DNA from: Candidatus Omnitrophota bacterium
Lineage (GTDB): Bacteria; Omnitrophota; Gorgyraeia; B26-G9
DNA: 64,000 nt
Reading direction: 5' to 3'
NCBI GenBank assembly: GCA_043805415.1
Contig: JAZDHZ010000036.1
Span: 4,194 to 68,193, forward strand
In this document: positions 8,872-18,071 of the stretch, piece by piece
Layout: each line of letters begins with the position of its first letter
Position numbering within the stretch: position 1 is the stretch's first letter
Position numbers and translations under genes: made by a program
Notes under the pieces: generated by a model
The model's database searches: none
The model's input: only the letters and a program-made list of their open reading frames with translations
Told to the model about the DNA's origin: nothing

Positions 8872-10380
8872 TTAATTTACAAAAATCGGATTAGTGATCA
8901 GATGCAAACCAGTTGATTTAATCTCGATTCGATAAAAATCCTTTTTATCTTTTGATTTTTCCGCGGTAAACTCAATATCAAACAAATCTTTTTCTGAAAA
9001 AATCTTTATAATTTTTCCATTTTTTATCAAATACACTTGAATCACCTGATTTATTTTATTTTTATCAATAAAATGCCCTTTTATTTTAATTTTAATATCC
9101 GGACTATTCGTAATCAAAGTTTGCCCCATGACTTTAACCTCTTGGCTTTCTGGATCTTCGATTGAAAAATTGTCCAAAATAAATTCCGAGGATTTTTGCC
9201 CTCTGATTGCATATACTCTTCCTTGGTTTAAAGCGTCTAAAACCCCTTTATTGCTAAAATCATCAATTAAAACCATATTCCTTAAATCCTTTAGCGATTC
9301 CTTAAGGTCTTTGCTAAAATCAAAAGCCAGGCCAGCAATTGCCCAAACCGGCTTCTGCCTTTTTCCTTCTAAATATTCTTTAAGCACTTTATCCCAAAGC
9401 CCTCCAGGCTTTCCAATTAGCTCATATCCTTCATAAAAAACACTAAAACCCGCATAATTTCGCGTATTATAGAAATCCTGAACATGCTTTTTGGTAATAA
9501 TATCAACATATTGTGTTTTTGAACAATTTTCCGCTTCAGGATGCGCCCAGAATACCATCCCCCCTTGCTTATTCACATAATCAATAACTTTCTGATAAGG
9601 CAATACTCCTCTGTCCCCATGGTATTGGTCAAAGAGCAAAGTTTTAAACGGATAATTGTTCAAACAAAAAATTAAGCCTAAGCAGCTCAGGATAATCGCG
9701 AATATTTTCTTATTCCGATAAGCCTCAATTTCCAGAGAATTTCTAAAATATTTCTTTTTAGAATTAAAAACCAGCAGAAACCCGGTTAATAAAACCAGGA
9801 TCGGCCAAAAATTTATAATACTTTCAAGCTGATAATTTTCATATAAACTAAACCGATTTCCCACTACCGGCAAATTTGCCAAAGCTGTTTGCGAAAGCCC
9901 GATAATTAATAAATGCTTATGCGCATCATTTAGGGTGAAATTTTTAGCAAAAATACTTCCGCTCCAAAAATAAAACGGTGTGGATTCTACTCCCGGAATT
10001 ACAATTATATCTTTTGCTTTCCGGTTTATCTCCTCAATTAATTTAAAGTAGTTTTTAATACCGAAAACAGCCAGGGAATTATTCTCCACGGTTTTTTTAA
10101 TAATATTACGCAAAGGCCAAAGTCCGTATTCCCAGCGCATTATTTCCCGTTCATTAAGAATCACAATCTCAAATCCCGCTTCCCGGGCAATCGCCACTAT
10201 CTGTTCCGGAGCATACAGTCCGTCACTGATTATAGAGCTGATGTGAATCAAGGCCGGAGCTTGCTGATACTGTTCCTGAGCAAAAATATTCTGCGAAAAA
10301 GCAATAACCACAAACATGCTCACTGCCCCAACTATAGGGCCGATTAATTTGGTTTTTATTTTTTGTTTAGTTTTTTGCAT
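8872..10380 (-). CDS. Membrane protein with PHP-like (polymerase/histidinol-phosphatase) metal-dependent phosphoesterase motifs, interrupted by two TM helices. Hypothetical.
   Basis: Signal/TM at the N-terminus. Motifs IHISSIISDG and WAHPE resemble PHP family motifs. Central hydrophobic segments. The call is weak. Confidence 0.5.
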   Translation of the reverse strand: MQKTKQKIKTKLIGPIVGAVSMFVVIAFSQNIFAQEQYQQAPALIHISSIISDGLYAPEQIVAIAREAGFEIVILNEREIMRWEYGLWPLRNIIKKTVENNSLAVFGIKNYFKLIEEINRKAKDIIVIPGVESTPFYFWSGSIFAKNFTLNDAHKHLLIIGLSQTALANLPVVGNRFSLYENYQLESIINFWPILVLLTGFLLVFNSKKKYFRNSLEIEAYRNKKIFAIILSCLGLIFCLNNYPFKTLLFDQYHGDRGVLPYQKVIDYVNKQGGMVFWAHPEAENCSKTQYVDIITKKHVQDFYNTRNYAGFSVFYEGYELIGKPGGLWDKVLKEYLEGKRQKPVWAIAGLAFDFSKDLKESLKDLRNMVLIDDFSNKGVLDALNQGRVYAIRGQKSSEFILDNFSIEDPESQEVKVMGQTLITNSPDIKIKIKGHFIDKNKINQVIQVYLIKNGKIIKIFSEKDLFDIEFTAEKSKDKKDFYRIEIKSTGLHLITNPIFVN

Positions 10381-10400
10381 AAATAAAATTTGGTTTAGAA

Positions 10401-11564
10401 TTAATCTTTGCGTTCAGTTGTTTCCTGGATTAAATCTTCATAAATTTGCGTAATCCTAGCTATGAATACCTCAACCGAATATTTTGCTAGCACATTTTTT
10501 TTCGCGTATTGACCCATTGCTAAGCGCTGGGCAGGATTTTTAATTAACATTTCAATCGCATCAATCAGCGCTTTTCGATCACTGGGATTAACCAGTATGC
10601 CGCTTTTCCCATGTTCAACTATTTCTGGAACTCCTCCAACTTTTGTGGCAATAACCGGCACTCCCAAACTTTGCGCTTCAATAAGTACAAGCCCAACTGC
10701 TTCATTTAAAGATGCCAGCACCATTAAATCCATTGCATGCATATAGTGCATGGGATTTTCCTGCCACCCGGTAAATGTAAACCGGTTGATTAATTTATTT
10801 TCCTTTACTTTTTGTTCTAATAAACCGCGCAGACTGCCTTCGCCGACTAAAACAAACCGCGTCTGGGAAAAATTTTGGGCAACTTCCATTGCCGCTTGAA
10901 TAAAATATTCCACACCTTTGATCGGTTCCAGCCTGCCGACCATGCCGATAACGATTTCCCCTGGCTTAATCATCAGTTTATCCCTGATAGCTGTTTCAAT
11001 CTGAACTTCAGGCATTTCCATTACAGTATTAACAACTTTTATCTTATCCGGACTGCAGATCCTGAATTTCGCCAGATCAATTTTCTCAATTTCAGTAAGG
11101 GTGATAATCTGTGTGGTCAGTTTAGACAAAAATCGCTCAATTACAACAATCAGATTGCTAAACCAGAGATTAAAATATCCGTAAAAGTTATGTCCATGCG
11201 AAGTATGGATAATTACTTTTACTTTAGCCAAAAATGCTGCCACTCTGCCTAAGGCTCCGGCTTTAGCTGTATGCGTGTGCACAATATCAAATTTATGTTT
11301 TCTAAAAATAAAATACAATTCCCAAAAAGCAAGAAAATCAAAAATTGGATTAATATTGCGGCGCAGACTATTTACTTGTATCCGATTAGCTTTAATCGCA
11401 TCAAAAAAAACCTGAGTTTTCTCCGTTAAAAAAGCGCTTGGTCCGCAAATAAACCTTAAGTCAAATCTGTCTTTATCCAGGTATTGGCTTAATATCCGCA
11501 CTATATCCGGCGAACCTCCCCAATCCATGCGCGTAATAACCTGAGCGATTTTTATTTTTTTCAT
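10401..11564 (-). CDS. GT-B fold glycosyltransferase, family 4 (GT4).
   Basis: C-terminal E-x7-E region (EAQSLGVPVIATKVGGVPEIVEHGKSGILV) and an N-terminal Gly-rich donor-binding region. Confidence 0.88.
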   Translation of the reverse strand: MKKIKIAQVITRMDWGGSPDIVRILSQYLDKDRFDLRFICGPSAFLTEKTQVFFDAIKANRIQVNSLRRNINPIFDFLAFWELYFIFRKHKFDIVHTHTAKAGALGRVAAFLAKVKVIIHTSHGHNFYGYFNLWFSNLIVVIERFLSKLTTQIITLTEIEKIDLAKFRICSPDKIKVVNTVMEMPEVQIETAIRDKLMIKPGEIVIGMVGRLEPIKGVEYFIQAAMEVAQNFSQTRFVLVGEGSLRGLLEQKVKENKLINRFTFTGWQENPMHYMHAMDLMVLASLNEAVGLVLIEAQSLGVPVIATKVGGVPEIVEHGKSGILVNPSDRKALIDAIEMLIKNPAQRLAMGQYAKKNVLAKYSVEVFIARITQIYEDLIQETTERKD

Positions 11565-11567
11565 ATT

Positions 11568-12725
11568 TTAATACCTATATAATTCCGTACACCGAATACA
11601 TGTGGCAAACAGCTGATTTGCCTTTAACATTTGGCGATATTGCACTGCTTTTTCACTGTTCCAAATATTTTTAAACTGATCCTCTCTAATATTTCCAAAA
11701 GCATATGTTGAATTAAGGCAAGGCCTTATTCCTCCATCCGGAAAAACATAAGCACATACCCAGGGACTTAAACAACGTTTAGGATATTCCTTGGGCAAAT
11801 AAGAAGGATTGTTATAATACTCTTTCAATCCCTGCTTACTAAGATTAGGATAAAAATCAACGCTAAAAGCATGTTTTTGGTTTAAAATTAACTGCATCTT
11901 AGCATAAAGCCTGTCCGGATCTATTTCCGGAGCAAAAACAAATCCCTGCCAATTATCTGAAGAACATTGTAATTGCTGATCATAAACTTTTTGCTTTTCT
12001 ATCAGATCTTGATTTAAAAAAATCAAATTATGATAAGTCAAGGAATCAGCGCCGATTTCCGCAGCCACATCAATCATTTTCTCTAACTGGAGATAATTAT
12101 ATTTGGTAATTGTGCATTGCAGGTTGATTAAAGGAAATTTAAGCCCTTTGGCTTTTTTATAACTCTGAATTTCTTTTAAGCCATCAGTAATTTTTTCAAA
12201 TAAACCCGGCATGCCGCGAATTTGATCATGCAAATCCTTGGGCCCGTCCAGAGACACATTAAGCTCATCTAAACCTGCCTGAACAATCTCAATTGCCTTA
12301 TCTTTAATCATTGCAGCATTGGTAATCATTAACACATGCATTTTTTTGGTTTTAATATATCTAATCAACTCTATACATTTAGGATAAAGCAGCGGTTCTC
12401 CGCCAAACAAAGTTATACTAGGCTTAAAATAACTTATTTGATCAATAAGATCCTGCAGCATATTAAAATCAAGTTCTTCCTTTACCTCGCCCGCAGATTT
12501 ATTTTTTGTAACTCCGCTTTCCCCCCATTGGCCGCACATCTTACAGCGCAAATTACATTTTTGGGTTAAAAACAAGGTTATTGACTCAGGATTAGGGCTT
12601 TTCCCTTTTCTCAGATAATAGGCTTTTAAAGCCTGGATTCGCTTATAGGCAATAGTTAAAGCATAAACAGGCTGTTTGCAAAATTTCGCCAGAAACCTGC
12701 GCAGATTTTTTAAAGGCAACAACAT
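11568..12725 (-). CDS. Radical SAM protein with a C-terminal SPASM (Cys-rich auxiliary cluster) domain.
   Basis: CNLRCKMCGQWG (CxxxCxxC) plus a C-terminal CLSPWVC...CLNS...CIRC cysteine array. Confidence 0.85.
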   Translation of the reverse strand: MLLPLKNLRRFLAKFCKQPVYALTIAYKRIQALKAYYLRKGKSPNPESITLFLTQKCNLRCKMCGQWGESGVTKNKSAGEVKEELDFNMLQDLIDQISYFKPSITLFGGEPLLYPKCIELIRYIKTKKMHVLMITNAAMIKDKAIEIVQAGLDELNVSLDGPKDLHDQIRGMPGLFEKITDGLKEIQSYKKAKGLKFPLINLQCTITKYNYLQLEKMIDVAAEIGADSLTYHNLIFLNQDLIEKQKVYDQQLQCSSDNWQGFVFAPEIDPDRLYAKMQLILNQKHAFSVDFYPNLSKQGLKEYYNNPSYLPKEYPKRCLSPWVCAYVFPDGGIRPCLNSTYAFGNIREDQFKNIWNSEKAVQYRQMLKANQLFATCIRCTELYRY

Positions 12726-12754
12726 ATCATCTCCTGATTAGATCCAGTTATTTA

Positions 12755-13729
12755 TTAATTTTCCCGCCAATAAATAATTTTTATTGGATCAACTGAGCGA
12801 TCAGCAATCGCAATAATCTGTTTAAAATTTTTCGCTTCATTTACCTTTGCCCAAACAATTATCCTGAATATATCTGAGCGGACAGTAGCCCAGCGCATAA
12901 TAAACTGATTGGTCAGCTTACTAATTGAGGATATGTCCGCGAAATCCTTTTCAGTTTGAAAAGCCTGGGTTTTGCGCTTATTTATAATTGCCTGAGCCCC
13001 TTGCTCCGTCATTCCCGGCAGACTTAAAATAATTTTTTCTGAGACTGTATTTAAATTTATCTTTCCGTCACTATTCACAGTAAAAAAATCTTTTATCCCC
13101 AGCTCTAAAATACCATTTCCATTATCATTCGGCAAGCTATTCGCCTGATCATCTTCCCATTTATCTAAAATGCAATTATCATTGGTATCTTCTCCCCAAA
13201 AAATGTTTTTCTCCATTGATTTTAGGTTTAAAAGCTCATAAACACTTCTTATTATTTGCTTTTCCCCCAAACCGCTTCGATAATCAACAATCGCTTGGAC
13301 CATTTTCGTATTATCTTTTTTTGAGAGTTGATTAATCAGATTGGCGATTATTTCAGATGATATAGTGTTAATATTCAATCTACCATACTCATCAACTATA
13401 TTAATGCTGTATTCTCCGATATCCTGATTCTCACTGTTCTTAAATCTAGAAATTTTTATCCTGTCAAAGTCATGGAATTTTCCATACCATCCATCCTGCA
13501 AACAATCATAATCATTATCTTCTTTATCTGCTTTGAGTTCTGCCAAGGCAAGCAAAACCGCAGACTCCGCGATATTTAAAGACTTTTGATTCTGAACATA
13601 CCTGCTAATAAGTTTTGTATTAATCCGCATTGCGTGTGAAATACTCAAAGCAATACTTGATAAAAAAAAGACAATAAATAATGTAATAATTAAGACCGAT
13701 GCTTGTTTTTCTCTTAAATCTTTTATCAT
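12755..13729 (-). CDS. gspK: GspK-like minor pseudopilin.
   Basis: N-terminal hydrophobic helix, the GKINLNT motif (a GspK hallmark), an HhH-like LPGMTEQGAQAII segment, and a 4-nt overlap with the upstream pseudopilin gene. Confidence 0.7.
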   Translation of the reverse strand: MIKDLREKQASVLIITLFIVFFLSSIALSISHAMRINTKLISRYVQNQKSLNIAESAVLLALAELKADKEDNDYDCLQDGWYGKFHDFDRIKISRFKNSENQDIGEYSINIVDEYGRLNINTISSEIIANLINQLSKKDNTKMVQAIVDYRSGLGEKQIIRSVYELLNLKSMEKNIFWGEDTNDNCILDKWEDDQANSLPNDNGNGILELGIKDFFTVNSDGKINLNTVSEKIILSLPGMTEQGAQAIINKRKTQAFQTEKDFADISSISKLTNQFIMRWATVRSDIFRIIVWAKVNEAKNFKQIIAIADRSVDPIKIIYWREN

Positions 13730-14337
13730 AGACTATTGATTTGCCCTTTATCCGCGCAATGAATCACGGCTACTGTTTCATAAGCATCTTTATAAACGCC
13801 TTGCTGAAAATCAGCTCTGATCTTTACTGCCTGCGGTAATTTTATAGTTGAATCCCATGCTTTTTGCCATTTTTCTCCATCATAAAAAGCAAAAGAAATC
13901 GAACGCATTATATTGGACAGATTTTTTTGTTTAAAATTTTCTTTATTTTTGCCAAGAACATCATAAACTTCATAACTTAAGGCTCTTTGCCCGGTATTTT
14001 GAGCAGTACGCATCATATATGAAACTTTCCGCAAATCAGTCGAATCCGCAACATAGATATCATCATCTATTATCGCGGTTGTTGTAAAGCTAAGTGACGA
14101 CAAGCTTCCCTGAAAACCAAAAGCCGGATCCTGGTCAGGAAAAAGATAAGCACCGCGCAGCTGCCGGGTTAAAGCGATAAGCACTTGGGCGGCATTGTTG
14201 TCATTTTTAGTTTGAACTCTTTTCCAAGTACGCATCGCTAAGGAAAAACTACTATATACGGACATGAGCACAATCCCCATTATTGCTGTTGCTAAAAGCA
14301 ACTCAACTAGACTAAAAGCCTTATTTTTTTTAAGCAA
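13726..14337 (-). CDS. GspJ-like pseudopilin with a prepilin-type N-terminal cleavage/methylation domain.
   Basis: KAFSLVELLLATAIMGIVL prepilin N-terminus. Its length and operon position between the GspI-like and GspK-like genes fit GspJ. Confidence 0.7.
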   Translation of the reverse strand: MLKKNKAFSLVELLLATAIMGIVLMSVYSSFSLAMRTWKRVQTKNDNNAAQVLIALTRQLRGAYLFPDQDPAFGFQGSLSSLSFTTTAIIDDDIYVADSTDLRKVSYMMRTAQNTGQRALSYEVYDVLGKNKENFKQKNLSNIMRSISFAFYDGEKWQKAWDSTIKLPQAVKIRADFQQGVYKDAYETVAVIHCADKGQINSL

Positions 14338-14338
14338 A

Positions 14339-14716
14339 TTATTTCTCCATCAGAGTTGAGACCTGAAGATTTTTCGATTTACCTTGCTGTTGCCACTCAA
14401 TAATCAGATCAACTTTAGCCAAATTGCTAAAATTAGTTCTATCTGTTTTAATCTGCCATTTAAATTGTTCGAATGGTTCTAAAAACTGCCCTTGATTCTC
14501 TACTGTTCTTAGATTACTAAAACTTAAATCAAAAAGCTTTTTTTGGGAAAGAAACATTGCCTTAGTGTAGTTTGATACAGCTGCTTTAGCTGTAATTGCT
14601 TGAGAAAAAGAATAAATAATAACCATTAAAGAAATACTGATAATCGCAAGTGATAACATTACTTCTAAGAGCGTAAATCCTTTTTGATTCTTATTATGCA
14701 TATCAGCGTTTTTCAT
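14339..14716 (-). CDS. GspI/GspH-like pseudopilin (125 aa).
   Basis: KGFTLLEVMLSLAIISISL prepilin N-terminus. It directly follows the platform gene. Confidence 0.7.
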   Translation of the reverse strand: MKNADMHNKNQKGFTLLEVMLSLAIISISLMVIIYSFSQAITAKAAVSNYTKAMFLSQKKLFDLSFSNLRTVENQGQFLEPFEQFKWQIKTDRTNFSNLAKVDLIIEWQQQGKSKNLQVSTLMEK

Positions 14717-15922
14717 TTAAAATGTCTGCAGGTTGAATTGAAAAATTGGAAGAAGTACGGCAGCAACCAATGCGCCAACTATAGCAGCAATAAATAATAT
14801 TATCGCTGGTTCTAAAATATTCAGCATTCGCCTTAGATCTTCTTTTATCTGCTTATCAAATGAATCGGCGACTTTTCGCAATGTTTTTTCCAAACGTCCG
14901 GTTTGTTCTCCGATCGCGATCATATCTACCATAACTAAAGGAAAAACATCTTCTTGCTTCATGCTCGCGGAAAAAGAGCCGCCGCTTTTTATCCGGATGA
15001 TAATCGCATCAACGGCATCTCTCAACATTTTATTTGGTAAAACATCCCGGCTGATATCTAAACAATCAAGGATTGACATTCCATTGGCTGATAAAAGACT
15101 GACAATATAGCAAAACCGGGAAAAAGCGATTTTTTTAAGTATGTCTCCAACCAAAGGCGCTTTATATAAACATCGATCAAAGAATAATTGATTTTTTCTT
15201 TGCGCGTATGATTTTCTTAAAGTGAAAAATAGTACAACCATTATAATAATAAGAACAAACCAGTAATCAGCTAAAAACAGACTAGCGCTAATTAAAAGTT
15301 TCGTAATTAGCGGCAAGGACATATCGCCTTCTTGGAACATAAAAACCATTTTAGGAATGATAAACGTCATTAAAAAAATTACTGTAGCTACCCCGACAAG
15401 CAGAATAATCGCTGGATAAATAAGCATCGAAATTACAGCATCCTTGACTTCTTTTTTTTTCTCAATAAAATCAGCAAGATTACTAAATACACTTTCAATA
15501 TCCCCGCCCATCTCAGCAGCCTTAACCATTCCGACATAAGCCCGAGAGAAAATATCAGGATATTTACTAAGCGCTTCCCAAAGATATCCGCCATCAGCAA
15601 TCTTATTGTATAACTTAGAACATATATTCTTAATTTTTGGATTATTAGTTTGATTAGTTAAAAGATTTAATGCTTGCGCTAGCGGCAGTCCTGAATCTAA
15701 AAGGTGGGAAAGCTGTCTGGTGAAAAACACTCTCTCATTATCATTAAAAACTAGCTTCTTCTTTTTAATCCTTATGTTCTGTTCTGATACTTCTTCTATC
15801 TTTATCGGAAAAAGTCCTGATTGGCGCAATTTAGCCAAAACCTGATTACGATTAGCTGCTTGTTCTATACCGCTAACACTATTACCGGCTTTATCCCGAG
15901 CTTCATATTTGAATTTTTCCAT
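14717..15922 (-). CDS. gspF: GspF/PilC-family inner-membrane platform protein of a T2SS/T4P-like machine.
   Basis: ~400 aa with a duplicated T2SSF-type domain organisation and three TM segments, immediately downstream of the GspE ATPase. Confidence 0.88.
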   Translation of the reverse strand: MEKFKYEARDKAGNSVSGIEQAANRNQVLAKLRQSGLFPIKIEEVSEQNIRIKKKKLVFNDNERVFFTRQLSHLLDSGLPLAQALNLLTNQTNNPKIKNICSKLYNKIADGGYLWEALSKYPDIFSRAYVGMVKAAEMGGDIESVFSNLADFIEKKKEVKDAVISMLIYPAIILLVGVATVIFLMTFIIPKMVFMFQEGDMSLPLITKLLISASLFLADYWFVLIIIMVVLFFTLRKSYAQRKNQLFFDRCLYKAPLVGDILKKIAFSRFCYIVSLLSANGMSILDCLDISRDVLPNKMLRDAVDAIIIRIKSGGSFSASMKQEDVFPLVMVDMIAIGEQTGRLEKTLRKVADSFDKQIKEDLRRMLNILEPAIILFIAAIVGALVAAVLLPIFQFNLQTF

Positions 15923-15948
15923 TAATTTTCATCTCGATTATTATAATT

Positions 15949-17673
15949 CTATTCCTGCTCGGTTACCCTTAAGACCTCTTCTATTGTTGTAATTCCTTGC
16001 TTAACTTTTTCCATACCATCTGCTTTTAAGCTGATCATATTATTCTTAATTGCCTGTTCTTTTAATTGCTGCGCCGAGCCCCCGGCAACAATACAAGCCC
16101 CTAATGTCTCATCCACAATCAAAAGCTCATAAATCCCTAATCTACCGCGAAAACCCGTATCATTACATTCCGCGCATCCGGCTCCTTTATAAAAAATTTC
16201 CGGATAATCACGATTCTGACTAAAACCAACTGCATTAAGAGTGCTTTGATCGGGAATGTATTTTACTTTGCAATGCGTACATATTTTACGTACAAGCCTT
16301 TGGGCAATAACTGCCCTGACTGTTCCGCTAACCAGATATGGCTCAATTCCCAAGTCAAGCAAACGAATTATTGATGATAGCGCGTCATTAGTATGCAACG
16401 TGCTGAACATAAGATGCCCGGTTAAAGCTGCCCGGATAGATATTTGCGCTGTTTCAATATCCCTGATTTCTCCGACCATGATAATGTCCGGGTCCTGGCG
16501 TAAAATTGAGCGCAATCCTGTGGCAAAAGTCAAATCTACCTGCGGATTAATCTGGATTTGATTAATCCCCTGCAGCTGATATTCAATCGGATCTTCTAAA
16601 GTAATAATATTAATTTTCGTATCATTAATATAACTTAAACATGAATAAAGCGTTGTTGTCTTGCCGCAACCCGTTGGCCCGGTAACCAGGATGATTCCAT
16701 TTGTTTTCTTTAAAATATTTTTAAGCTTTTCCATACTTTCCTTAGGAAATCCCAGCTGATCAATTCCAAAATCCAGCATTTTTTTACTTAAAAGTCTAAT
16801 GCTGAGTCCTTCTCCAAATAAAGTCGGAAAAGTCGATAATCGCAGATCAACATCTTCATCAGCAAGCTTTATTTTACACCTGCCGTCCTGAGGCCGCCGG
16901 CGCTCCGCGATATTAATCCCTGCCATTATTTTTAATCGGGAAATAATAAAAACCTGTAACTGTTTTATATCCGGAGATGTTTTAGCTTCTTGCAAAACAC
17001 CATCTATCCGATAGCGAATTCGCAGTTTATCATCAAAAGGCTCAATATGTATATCAGTAGCATTTTTTTGATAAGCTTCCAGCAATATTTGATTTACGTA
17101 GTTTATAATCGAAGCGTTTTCCGCCATTTTTTCCGGAGCATCAGCAACTTGCTTTAATTGGGACAATTCAGCTTGAATACTTTCTTTTGAAGCCTTAACT
17201 AATGTTTCTACTGTCTCGGCCCCAACCCCATAATGCGTTTTAATCGCAGAGGCGATTCCTTCAGTCTTGGCTAATATCGGGGTGATCTTATAATTGGTTA
17301 GCACTTTCAACTCATCAATAACATGAATGCCGAATGGATTTCTCATTGCTACTACAAGACTAAGCCCTTGTTTTTTAATCGCAATGACTTTGTTACGATT
17401 AGCAAATTTTGCGGGTATCAGAGATATTGCTTGCGGATCAATTTCTATTTGAGTCAGGTCAATAATCGGAATATTTAAATGCTTACTATAAGCGCTAAGC
17501 AAATCATTTTCACTCAGCAGACCATTTTGGATAATAAAAGTTTCCAGTTCTTCTTGTGTTTCCGGGAAATTTGATCCGAATTTTTGCTGAAAATCATGTA
17601 CTTGCTCTTGGTTTAAAACAGCTTTTTCAATTAAAATATTAGCAATAAACTGAAAACGGGCATTAATACTCAT
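15949..17673 (-). CDS. gspE: GspE/PilB-family secretion ATPase with an N-terminal GSPII_E_N domain.
   Basis: Walker A GPTGCGKTTT, Asp/His boxes, and the tetracysteine motif CTHCKVKY...CAEC. Confidence 0.93.
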   Translation of the reverse strand: MSINARFQFIANILIEKAVLNQEQVHDFQQKFGSNFPETQEELETFIIQNGLLSENDLLSAYSKHLNIPIIDLTQIEIDPQAISLIPAKFANRNKVIAIKKQGLSLVVAMRNPFGIHVIDELKVLTNYKITPILAKTEGIASAIKTHYGVGAETVETLVKASKESIQAELSQLKQVADAPEKMAENASIINYVNQILLEAYQKNATDIHIEPFDDKLRIRYRIDGVLQEAKTSPDIKQLQVFIISRLKIMAGINIAERRRPQDGRCKIKLADEDVDLRLSTFPTLFGEGLSIRLLSKKMLDFGIDQLGFPKESMEKLKNILKKTNGIILVTGPTGCGKTTTLYSCLSYINDTKINIITLEDPIEYQLQGINQIQINPQVDLTFATGLRSILRQDPDIIMVGEIRDIETAQISIRAALTGHLMFSTLHTNDALSSIIRLLDLGIEPYLVSGTVRAVIAQRLVRKICTHCKVKYIPDQSTLNAVGFSQNRDYPEIFYKGAGCAECNDTGFRGRLGIYELLIVDETLGACIVAGGSAQQLKEQAIKNNMISLKADGMEKVKQGITTIEEVLRVTEQE

Positions 17674-17729
17674 CCTTTGAAAATCCCCCTAAAAACATCC
17701 TTTTTCTTATAATCAAATTTACATATTGT

Positions 17730-17758
17730 ATTATAACAAAATAACTTCAGTCGGTCAA
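17730..17758 (-). promoter_or_regulatory. Sigma-70-like promoter for the gspE operon on the minus strand: -35 TTGACC, 17-bp spacer, -10 TATAAT.
   Basis: Reverse complement of 17730-17758 reads TTGACCgactgaagttattttgtTATAAT, ~55 nt upstream of the gspE ATG. Confidence 0.5.
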
Positions 17759-17779
17759 TGTGATAAAAAAGGACACAAT

Positions 17780-17804
17780 GTCACCAAGACACAAAGTCAC
17801 CAGG
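17780..17804 (-). promoter_or_regulatory. Direct repeat GTCACCAAG-N7-GTCACCAGG (16-bp periodicity) just upstream of the gspE -35. Candidate activator site, shared with 33462-33486.
   Basis: Seen in sequence. A near-identical arrangement occurs upstream of the PQQ/minor-pilin operon. Confidence 0.45.
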
Positions 17805-17884
17805 TAAAAGCGTTGGGTCAATGGCTGATAGTAAAAGCTAATAATGCATAACTAGTAACTATCAAGATGATAGGCAAATTTTAC

Positions 17885-18068
17885 GCTGACACAAATTTTA
17901 TTGATGTAAACATCAATAACGGTAAATCCGCTTTGTATTCTTGGCACTTGCGGAACTCTCCCGCCTAAAAGCGGCGGGAGCAGACAGGTCCTCTCGTACC
18001 CTAAAGGCTCCCAAACGAGACTCACAGCGAACAAATTCAAAAGTCGTAACTGAAAAATTTGTCGAATC
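17885..18068 (-). ncRNA. Candidate structured RNA or rRNA-derived fragment in the znu operon 3' region. It contains a sequence resembling the 23S rRNA domain VI sarcin-ricin loop (GGUACGAGAGGACC inside a GGGAGC...GCUCCC stem), an alternative 8-bp hairpin, and a weak terminator-like hairpin.
   Basis: Minus-strand reading gives ...GUGAGUCUCGUUUGGGAGCCUUUAGGGUACGAGAGGACCUGUCUGCUCCCGCCGCUUUUAGGCGGGAG.... The universally conserved SRL is AGUACGAGAGGACC. The flanks loosely resemble E. coli 23S ~2590-2740. No protein-coding frame is convincing. Confidence 0.35.
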
Positions 18069-18071
18069 ATC

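Noticed and set aside
17941-17960. TGGCAC-TTGCGG sequence resembling a sigma-54 -24 element.
   Set aside because: The -24/-12 spacing is wrong (TTGC follows immediately), and it lies inside the SRL-like RNA element on the non-relevant strand.
17852-18070. A 72-aa ORF overlapping the sarcin-ricin-loop-like region.
   Set aside because: The region carries strong RNA-like structure and an rRNA-like conserved motif, and the ORF has no RBS or family support. It was interpreted as a non-coding element instead.
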